From positions 32,001 through 96,000 of the IMG/VR virus record IMGVR_UViG_3300042197_000820: a stretch of DNA of 64,000 bases. One strand, 5' to 3'. The notes below the pieces were generated by a model. It searched no databases and was not told where the DNA came from. It saw nothing but the letters and a program-made list of their open reading frames with translations. The position numbers and the translations under genes are program-made. The stretch comes from a virus. This document shows, piece after piece, positions 57,201-64,000 of this stretch. The stretch's first letter is position 1. The number at the start of each line of letters is the position of its first letter.

Positions 57201-60200
57201 GGATCTAACATTCCTGTGATTGTATTAGTGTGCAAGAGATTTAGTGTGTTGATTCTTTCGTCATCAAAACCAATATTAAAAGTTTTTCCGTTAAGTGCCG
57301 GGAGTTTCATTATCCCGTCCAAGAATGTGTTGGAAGTGTGACGATACAAATCCTTTACGAGATATTCAACATATTTAGTCGCTTGTGGAATAGTAGAAGG
57401 ATCAATATTTAAGTTATTCCGAATACCTTTAAGAACTATGTCTGCGAAGACGGCTGCTTGAGGAGATGTGTCGGTACCTTCTAGATTGTAAAGAGATTGT
57501 ACTTCTATTGAAGAGACTGTGTTCTCATTTATGGGAATGTAATAGTCATTTGGTTCTTTAACAACCTCTTGATATTCGATAGTCTTATCAGAAGACATAA
57601 AGTTTGCTGCTCTAGAGATTGTATTAGATACTTCATTTTGCTGAAGTTGGTATTCATTGGCGTTTAGCTGAGTGCTGTTAAAAGTTTTAACGGTAGAGGG
57701 ATACAGATCAATGATTTTGGTTCTTATACTTAAGTTTGTAGCTTCTCCTTCATTGATAGGAAAGATGAAAAAGTTATAGCTCTTTGTCCTGTAGTTAGGA
57801 CTACCAGAAATAGTATTTGAGCTTTCTTTGCTGCTTATTCTTCTAGAATATTCAGGTAATGTAGGAGGTGCTTTCTTGTCTCTCGTTATTAAAGCTACGC
57901 TCTGTTCTAACCCCTTAACATCATTGTATGAGTTACTTATAACACCGGGACCACTAAAACCTGCCGGATTTAATATATTTTCCTTATTTCGCAAAACCCA
58001 TTCTGGAACGTAAATAGGTTTCTTGAACTGGTACGATTTGGTGGATAGGTTGGTTTGTCGAGTGCCCGGTATAGTTAAGTCCTCTATATAACTTTCTTTT
58101 AAGTCGTATATACCAGTATAACTTAGACCTCTTATGCCTGATCCTACATCTCCTATTATTTCAAACAGTTCTGGGTATCCTACAGGGAAGGTTGATGCGT
58201 TTTGATCTATAAAACTATTAAACTGGTCAGTATTGAGTGATTTTATTTTTTGTATTCTCTGTTTAACGGTTTCCGTCAGCAAGGCTGAGTCTGTTGAAAA
58301 AAGACCAGTTTTCTTGCGTGTAATCGAATCAAGATTACAAAACTCTTCTAAGTTTGTCCTCATCCAACTTGATAGTTGTTTAGCCTTATAGGAGACTTTA
58401 GGATAGTCTTTTGATAGTTCGGTCACTGGAGCAGACTGGTTATTTGCGCTAGCTTCAATCGAGGCTGCAAGTTGTGAGACTGCGGCTTCTGACGCCAGAC
58501 TGTTGTTTATGATTTCTTCCACTTTCTGATATGATGGATAAGCTAGACCATTCTTACCGCTTAGAAGGCGGCTAATAAATCCTCTGTCTCCAATCATATT
58601 TGAATCTAAAGTTTCCACAACCGGTTCAAATGCCTCGGTATATATACGGACTAGCTCTTGATTTATGAAATCAGTTACTATTTCTATAGAGTTATTTGGA
58701 CCGCAGTTCGGCTCTCCAGTTTGTATGAGAGGTATCATACTATCTATCGGATTATCATCGTTTAAAAGATCTAAAAACTTTTGAGCTTGAAGATTAGTTA
58801 TCTCACAAACCTTATTTATTTGTATCTCTATGTCAGATTGATCCAATCCTCTTTCAGATAGTAACGAAACACGAAGATTATTATATAAACTGTAATACTC
58901 TGGAGTTGCACAGAAAATACCGTTTACAGGTAGATCTACCTCTGTTAATATCATATCGCAACCGGGATCAGCAAATGTTGATATAGAACCAAAAAATCTT
59001 ACAATATCATCCATCTCTTTGCTGAATCCAGCATCGGGGTACCTTACGTCAATGATATTTCTTATTATCTCTAGAGTTGGTAAAGTGGGATTACCCGACA
59101 ATAGCTCACAATATTCTCTTTCTGTCAATACGCTAGTCGTAAGTGAAATGAACTCGTTTAAGGTAGCGATATCGATACCGTTATATAGACCCACAGAGTT
59201 GGCAATATTAGCTAATAGTTCGGCAATAGAATCTATATTTATTCCTCTAGGGAGAGAACGATATCTTTGTCTAATATCATCAGCTATTTTTCTAGCTGCA
59301 TCTAAAGGATCGACAGTTCTGTTTTGATCTTCTGGACCGAGTTCTTCGTTGGGTACTATTTTAGCTGCTAGCTGGGCGCAAGAAATATCTGGTATTAAGC
59401 TTTGTAGATATGCTAAAACCATCTTGAACAAGATAGTCGTTGCAATATAGAAGGTAGAAGACAAAGTGGCTAATAAAGCTGTTTCCACTAGCTCTAGTCG
59501 ATTTGGAACTTGTATCTTCGGTAGATTCTTTTTACCTAGTTTTGCTGGTTTGAATCCACGGAAAAAGTTATCGATTGCTTTACCCAAGTCTCTATATTTA
59601 TGGAACATCTCCGGTTCTGGGAGTTTGCAGTTTTCTAACCCGTCGAATAAGGACTGCAAATCATCTTGGGCACCAGTAACTAAGTTAGTTAAATCTTCTG
59701 ACAGGCTAGAAAGTGATATATCACCTAACAAATCCCCGTTTGCATCGCGAGATACTAGCTTTAGATCTAAGCCAAGCTTTCCATTTTGCATAAAGCTAAT
59801 CGATGCACTACTCACCTTTTTAAAAGTTTCAGGATCTGTAGTATCTATCGAGTCAGGATTAGTAATAACTAAAATCTCATCCCAACTAACAACTGACGCT
59901 AACGACTCTGGTAGGTCTGGTTGGGATTTAATATGATCTAAGAAAGCTTGTTGTATTTTAGAATCAAACTGGCTTGATGTAAGTATCGAGCTTAAAAATC
60001 TAGAGACTAATGTAAAGGTATTTGATGCTTCTTGGAAGTTCTTGTCTTTGATTGATTCAAATAGCTTTTCCATAAGAACATCTGGGCTTAAGTTTTTAAG
60101 ATATTCTTCGACATTAAACTGTGTAAGTTGTTCGATTGGGATAGACCTCGCGATTGATGCTAAACCTATGTATCCTAACAACTTTAAGCCATTCAAACCG

Positions 60201-60658
60201 AAAGCTTCCAGTAGTCTTTCACGGGCTTCGCGACCAGAATCCGTCTTAGAAAAGAAACCATTATCAGTATCTTTTGACAACACAACGTTTTCAGTTAAGG
60301 AATCTACTAAATCATTAAGTACTTCCGCTAGTGGGTCATTAGCACTTAGATTTGCGTCATCTACTAGTAAAGCTTTTAAAGACTTTTTAGTTGGATTTCT
60401 TAGGAGTTCGTCTTCTTTTATTTTATCCGAGTACGATTTAAAAGGATTCTTATTGTACTCATTTGCGAATGGTTCCAAGCCTTGTTCTCTAAGATCTTGT
60501 AGGACATCATTCAGCACTTGAGTCGCAAAATCTTTCAAGAATCTTGTTCTTGGAGCTTGCAGCGGATTGTTTGAGCTACTAACCGGATCGTATTGTATCG
60601 GTGGGTATCTTAGTGTTGCAGCAAACTCTTTAAAGTTAGTACCTTTCTTATTAGACAT
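54239..60658 (-). CDS. Very large hypothetical protein (2139 aa) in the baseplate module
   Basis: Uninterrupted ORF with AAGGA SD. Mostly helical composition with one hydrophobic segment. No motif recognised. Confidence 0.75.
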   Translation of the reverse strand: MSNKKGTNFKEFAATLRYPPIQYDPVSSSNNPLQAPRTRFLKDFATQVLNDVLQDLREQGLEPFANEYNKNPFKSYSDKIKEDELLRNPTKKSLKALLVDDANLSANDPLAEVLNDLVDSLTENVVLSKDTDNGFFSKTDSGREARERLLEAFGLNGLKLLGYIGLASIARSIPIEQLTQFNVEEYLKNLSPDVLMEKLFESIKDKNFQEASNTFTLVSRFLSSILTSSQFDSKIQQAFLDHIKSQPDLPESLASVVSWDEILVITNPDSIDTTDPETFKKVSSASISFMQNGKLGLDLKLVSRDANGDLLGDISLSSLSEDLTNLVTGAQDDLQSLFDGLENCKLPEPEMFHKYRDLGKAIDNFFRGFKPAKLGKKNLPKIQVPNRLELVETALLATLSSTFYIATTILFKMVLAYLQSLIPDISCAQLAAKIVPNEELGPEDQNRTVDPLDAARKIADDIRQRYRSLPRGINIDSIAELLANIANSVGLYNGIDIATLNEFISLTTSVLTEREYCELLSGNPTLPTLEIIRNIIDVRYPDAGFSKEMDDIVRFFGSISTFADPGCDMILTEVDLPVNGIFCATPEYYSLYNNLRVSLLSERGLDQSDIEIQINKVCEITNLQAQKFLDLLNDDNPIDSMIPLIQTGEPNCGPNNSIEIVTDFINQELVRIYTEAFEPVVETLDSNMIGDRGFISRLLSGKNGLAYPSYQKVEEIINNSLASEAAVSQLAASIEASANNQSAPVTELSKDYPKVSYKAKQLSSWMRTNLEEFCNLDSITRKKTGLFSTDSALLTETVKQRIQKIKSLNTDQFNSFIDQNASTFPVGYPELFEIIGDVGSGIRGLSYTGIYDLKESYIEDLTIPGTRQTNLSTKSYQFKKPIYVPEWVLRNKENILNPAGFSGPGVISNSYNDVKGLEQSVALITRDKKAPPTLPEYSRRISSKESSNTISGSPNYRTKSYNFFIFPINEGEATNLSIRTKIIDLYPSTVKTFNSTQLNANEYQLQQNEVSNTISRAANFMSSDKTIEYQEVVKEPNDYYIPINENTVSSIEVQSLYNLEGTDTSPQAAVFADIVLKGIRNNLNIDPSTIPQATKYVEYLVKDLYRHTSNTFLDGIMKLPALNGKTFNIGFDDERINTLNLLHTNTITGMLDPVDPTRFGGTEDSPSFYVYKKLTDDWNGLYNLYTRESNETSNPPKNPVPDFAGIANEAARLYTKIKEETRQSKDYSNQVPFDLIVKKSSMVSMSGLIDMMIRVFCFEHYYKAFSFMNSVVVNDNIFDNVYYDFLVQRFKDYAVEAGPRQATELSKNKRFFYMIMEIYVTIMLRRKDAKDLELSQSEQQILSQILRKANIWKSGLPDSGLTDAEKAYFNAFEEIGKFETPGYPLGTITTGLVNTQGSFRGMNNTLNTAKQRRETQISLQKQYWNLIMQDCESLFDLLLRRRFKTELERISQQLSILNPTLVKESNIIATPVNGGPFVQNGEDLAASDKTSHLRNVYSHHPAFLYSVGNLLTSDLNYSYLYGTEEANNDRNLNGFFFNRLYNKQPHPDDTCRLNSDPKEPVYTPNFNFNDPSDLQIRTTVREYLKNQSELTDVDYLKFNPEFLTPKIINGIELEKRNRLSNDFILSPEDTKAIDRKLFEDMIVFQYSQNLENVIKRIEDNQGVSLNVESSTGNMAPESKLKKYKVMATDGAEFQKLGTDNYIIGGESATNMPLVFSQTPLPITLEHYINLEPLTEMPSQTSPLFSQVKQLIDIALYNFLGSRYGIAATPLTEGVFSGPSSLSTFIYWLGSSGFFDSLEQISSSTSNAMSMSAKLFFKFGTFRYGVRMLLMQPDSDITFEEGFHRYMQDAVVREVYTASPSSEDVTYLQSLSDGIPIADKVRYLKAFSKETGYGIPIFKNEIEVDWTFADLKNIYDSYISNLNNDTSLTSAVTSNIISPDSLGRELSKGSDKKSWIDHSPLTRQLDVRLFNEMICSEDYKKMFDYAIPLRYFASLSAIYATKAFTPSIGSAIDWGGIGRVNNKVFPRKEKDILLPFYTTLRKVFYSSYNSFDLNYRGEGDENEEMITTELIEQTKTFGIRNITKETLVMISDIQNDILAANRIRPQDREGLGDLIDIIGTGNSKRLVPDPTNGNGSANNG

Positions 60659-60703
60659 ATTTGTTCCTTATCTATAACTATAACCTTAGTACGTTATTTT
60701 ATC

Positions 60704-63061
60704 TCAAATCTCTTCTGGCCTTAGATATTGTATAATAGTGTCTAAGTTCATTAGATAGTTTAGTATAGTTGGATTTTTGAATGGTTCTTCTAGCTCTAGG
60801 GCTGTTAAATCACCAACACCTAAGCCAGACTTCCAAACTAGATTAGTTGGTGGTCTTGATGTAGTTGCTAGTTGTATTCTTAACAACTTTATATTATTAC
60901 CGGGGATTATCTTTGTTCCTAATACCGAGTTATTTGTGGTTGGTGGAGAAGGAGATGATTTTGGTTGTGGGTTTTTTACCTGTTTAGCGCCGCGTATAAT
61001 AGAGCTTCCTTCAATAGTTTCGGGAAGTTTTGTAGGATCAGCGGGTGTAAAACTATAAACAAGAGTAATCTTATCCTCAATCCCATATTGTCCTTCTTTT
61101 TTGAGAGATAAATCCTCCAGTACCTCGATAGAGTTTTTACTCATCAACTTTGTGAAAACAGGTCTGACTAGTTTAAATATCTTTAAATCCTGCTTTATTT
61201 TATCGGTTTTTAACTGTTCAAATATATTATCTGAAAGAATAGAAGGATTTAAATTTTGGTATGACTCGCCAAATGTTATTTTCCACAAAGCATGATCAAA
61301 CGTGTATCTTTTTAGAATATTTTCGAATATTTGCAGGTATCTAAAAAACTCTTCTATCGTGAATATTTGAATCTTAACATAGTTACCTTCTTGGATTATA
61401 CCGGTATCTGTAAATCTTGGTGCGGTAGCGATCTGCGATATTGTATTTACTTCGTTCTCATCTAAGGAATAAAGTATTTTGGAAGGTCTGAATCTGCGAG
61501 GTTCTATATAAATGTCTTCTGTCGTTACAAATACATTTTGATCGATTCCAACTTCAGAAGGATCCTCTGGTAGTTGCAGAGAAAACTTTTCATTCAGAAT
61601 GCGATATGCATCTAGCTTGTAACTATCAGCATTTGTTGCAAGTTGTTTTAGATTTTCTTCTATCACATCATAAGAAATATAATATTTCCTTTTATTCGAA
61701 TCGTGATATGGCTCTCTTCTATCCTTCTTGCGCCAATCATCTAAAAATGTCTTAAACCCATTATTATCGCGATTTGTACAAGGATTTGGTATTATTGGAT
61801 CTTGCACAGGATTGCACAGAACTAGCTTTTCTTTTTGAGTAGCTTCAAATAACGTTGTGTATTGTTCTTCGATAGATTTAAGCCTTTCGTACTCTTCTAT
61901 TTGAGCTTGTAAGATGGCTTGTCTTTCAGCTATGAGGGCAAGAACATCTTCCGATAATCTAAGACCATTTAAAGATTCTTTTAGTAAAGTAATACTGTTA
62001 GTAATAGCAAGAATAAGAATAGCGATCCTTCTTAACGCCTCTGGGTTTATCCTACCGGCGAAGGGGTTCGTGTAATAATCACTGCTTGTTACTCGCGCTA
62101 GGGCTGTTGAAAAATAACCCAATGCTCTATCAAGTTCTGATATGCTATTTAAAGCCCCGAGTTCATCTACTAAAACTGTACTTGCTTGGAAAGGGTTTAA
62201 AACCTCAAGTTGTTCGAAGGAAAGATTTCCTAAATCGTAAGCATATGCTAAAGGATAATCTTCTTTGTACTTCTTGATACATTCTGGATACTGTAAGCAC
62301 ATATTAAAAAACGTATATTGTTCGCTATAGTCTGGTGTCAAATATCCGCTTGGTACGTTGCCTCCTTCGCGAGAAGGTATATTATCTATCGCTCTAGCCC
62401 TAGCATCTGGTCCATATGATTCAACTGCTTGAGCGAAAGAAAGCTCCGCACTTGTTTGTTGACCACTAACTATAAAAGTTTTGACAGGGCCGCCGCCCCG
62501 GCATGTCAGACTAGAATACTTTTCACCTGTCAAATCCACTTCTTGTAGTTCGGCTCCAGACGAAACACGCACAGCACTTCTAAGAAAGATAAAAGCCAGA
62601 TTTAGATTATTTTGGATTATCCTGTCAGTTAAACCGTCTGGACTTCCTCTAAAAACCCATCCTTCGTGGTCTAAGCTATAATCGTAAAATCTATCGTCAT
62701 ATTGATCTATACGTTCACCAGTATTTGTAATCCAATATGGGTCTAGTGAACTGTTGTGTGCAATAATGCTGTCGATCAAAGGGGTACCAGCTTCGGCTAT
62801 ATCAAACATGAGTCCATAAACGGATCTAACTAAGCTCTGAAGTGTCTCGTAGTTTTCAGTTGTTTGAGTTTCAACAGCCCTCGGAAGGATAAAAGACCTG
62901 TATATACCAGTTATTTGTTCATCTTTATCTAAAATAAGTTTATAGTTAGCACATTCAACGAAAGGCAATCCATAAAGTCCATAGCATTCACCTCCGAGAT
63001 TACCGGGTATAGAACCACCATAGTTCGTTTCAGGAGTGTAAGGATTATATTCATTTGCCAT
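60704..63061 (-). CDS. Large hypothetical protein (785 aa) in the baseplate module
   Basis: Uninterrupted ORF with a central coiled coil. No motif recognised. Confidence 0.7.
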   Translation of the reverse strand: MANEYNPYTPETNYGGSIPGNLGGECYGLYGLPFVECANYKLILDKDEQITGIYRSFILPRAVETQTTENYETLQSLVRSVYGLMFDIAEAGTPLIDSIIAHNSSLDPYWITNTGERIDQYDDRFYDYSLDHEGWVFRGSPDGLTDRIIQNNLNLAFIFLRSAVRVSSGAELQEVDLTGEKYSSLTCRGGGPVKTFIVSGQQTSAELSFAQAVESYGPDARARAIDNIPSREGGNVPSGYLTPDYSEQYTFFNMCLQYPECIKKYKEDYPLAYAYDLGNLSFEQLEVLNPFQASTVLVDELGALNSISELDRALGYFSTALARVTSSDYYTNPFAGRINPEALRRIAILILAITNSITLLKESLNGLRLSEDVLALIAERQAILQAQIEEYERLKSIEEQYTTLFEATQKEKLVLCNPVQDPIIPNPCTNRDNNGFKTFLDDWRKKDRREPYHDSNKRKYYISYDVIEENLKQLATNADSYKLDAYRILNEKFSLQLPEDPSEVGIDQNVFVTTEDIYIEPRRFRPSKILYSLDENEVNTISQIATAPRFTDTGIIQEGNYVKIQIFTIEEFFRYLQIFENILKRYTFDHALWKITFGESYQNLNPSILSDNIFEQLKTDKIKQDLKIFKLVRPVFTKLMSKNSIEVLEDLSLKKEGQYGIEDKITLVYSFTPADPTKLPETIEGSSIIRGAKQVKNPQPKSSPSPPTTNNSVLGTKIIPGNNIKLLRIQLATTSRPPTNLVWKSGLGVGDLTALELEEPFKNPTILNYLMNLDTIIQYLRPEEI

Positions 63062-63062
63062 T

Positions 63063-63983
63063 TTAGTTAACCTTATTCTTGCTACTCATAATAGAAACTG
63101 GTGCCATACCATCTAGATATTTCTTTTTGAACTTAGCCATGTTTTCTTTAAATGTAATCATCTGAGTACTGATTTCCTGTGCTGTTCTGCTTGCTTTTAT
63201 AGATCTTGCTTGTTTTATTGCAACATCAGCCTCTATAGATACCAAAGCACCATCAATAGTCTTAGAACCGGGATGTATATGGCTGCTTAAGGACTTATCG
63301 AAATCTTGTTGGATTATCACCATGCTATCTAACAATGAGGAGACATCAGTAACAATGTCAGCTAACTCTGTAATACAAGAAGCCAGATTCTTTCCTAAAA
63401 CCATAGGCTGTAGTGTGCTGTCATCATTCCCAGCAATAATATCTATACCATAGCTAGAAAGTGTTTTACCAATACCACCAACTTGTTCTCTGACAAATGG
63501 ACCTGTTACAAGTTTTATATTTTCTCTAGCGATTATTCTAACGCTATCAGCTTTTACACCAATACCAGATTTTGCTACTGAACTTAAAGAACCTCTTGCG
63601 AGTTCATAGTTATTGTCTATATCTGTAAGTTGTGAAATATAAATGCCAGCAGCATCAGTTTTAAGATTATTATCAGAAATAACTTCTGCTTTTCCCTTCA
63701 AATCTGGTGGCATAGCTTTTCCAGCGATTATATAAATCGAACCAGCATTTGTAGCTCCTAAGTTGCCATATCCGCTACTTTTACTTGCTGGTCTATCTCG
63801 GCCTATAATAATAAATGCATTATTATCATTTTTAAGTACTTTTTCATAATCCGCTGTATTATGCTCAGGAACATGTTCTTTGATTGCATCGCCATTCAAA
63901 CCACCACGAAAAGTTCTATTCTTATGTAAAGGATCGTTCTGTACTAATCTAGCATATTCTGGAAAGTAGTTTGGTTCATGCAT
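63063..63983 (-). CDS. Baseplate central spike-related protein (gp5/gpV-like C-terminal region); may start outside the window
   Basis: IIIGRDRP, GIGVKADSVRIIARENIKLVT beta-repeat pattern, QPMVLG.NL and HxH (SHIHP) spike-tip-like motif. Frame stays open to the window end. Confidence 0.6.
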   Translation of the reverse strand: MHEPNYFPEYARLVQNDPLHKNRTFRGGLNGDAIKEHVPEHNTADYEKVLKNDNNAFIIIGRDRPASKSSGYGNLGATNAGSIYIIAGKAMPPDLKGKAEVISDNNLKTDAAGIYISQLTDIDNNYELARGSLSSVAKSGIGVKADSVRIIARENIKLVTGPFVREQVGGIGKTLSSYGIDIIAGNDDSTLQPMVLGKNLASCITELADIVTDVSSLLDSMVIIQQDFDKSLSSHIHPGSKTIDGALVSIEADVAIKQARSIKASRTAQEISTQMITFKENMAKFKKKYLDGMAPVSIMSSKNKVN

Positions 63984-64000
63984 CTTTCTAGATGATGCAA

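Noticed and set aside
60675-60690. TAACTATAAC resembling the start of the I-CeuI / 23S rRNA homing site
   Set aside because: Only 10 nt match in AT-rich intergenic DNA; no rRNA context or homing endonuclease.
1-64000. Alternative genetic code, inteins or introns, CRISPR array, tRNAs, diversity-generating retroelement
   Set aside because: Genes are full length in the standard code; terminase, primase and portal are uninterrupted; no spaced repeats, cloverleafs or reverse transcriptase were recognised by eye.

Overview
This window is 64 kb of a large T4-like myophage (contractile tail). Essentially all real genes are on the minus strand and read in the standard code. In transcription order (right to left) it contains: baseplate spike, two very large uncharacterised proteins, gp25- and gp6-like wedge proteins, a 2999-aa LamG-containing wedge/adhesin, further baseplate/tail proteins, a RuvC-like resolvase, a primase, a fused Mre11-Rad50 (SbcD-SbcC) nuclease, a holin/spanin-like membrane cassette, large terminase, portal, prohead core proteins, prohead protease, ribosomal protein bS21, scaffold, major capsid, neck, tail terminator, sheath, tube, a tail-assembly chaperone and the probable start of the tape measure gene. 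I recognised no tRNA, rRNA, CRISPR array, IS element or integrase. Signals the gene list does not explain: (1) a family of probable head-cargo proteins with a shared N-terminal leader and (I/L/V)-x-E protease sites whose cleavage would expose fusion-peptide-like or signal-peptide-like N-termini; (2) a T7 slippery site that would fuse the tail chaperone to a downstream ORF by +1/-2 frameshifting; (3) a recurrent ACTAYTTA motif ahead of late genes, resembling the T4 late promoter in reverse orientation; (4) an unannotated 19-aa Cys-rich ORF with a strong SD near a CxxC membrane protein; (5) a RuvC-like gene whose start is probably CTG; (6) dense [S/T]-[G/A/S]-[S/T] tripeptides in outer virion proteins; (7) strong avoidance of AATT and CCWGG. 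All family assignments come from motif recognition by eye and all counts are manual; no database searches were run.
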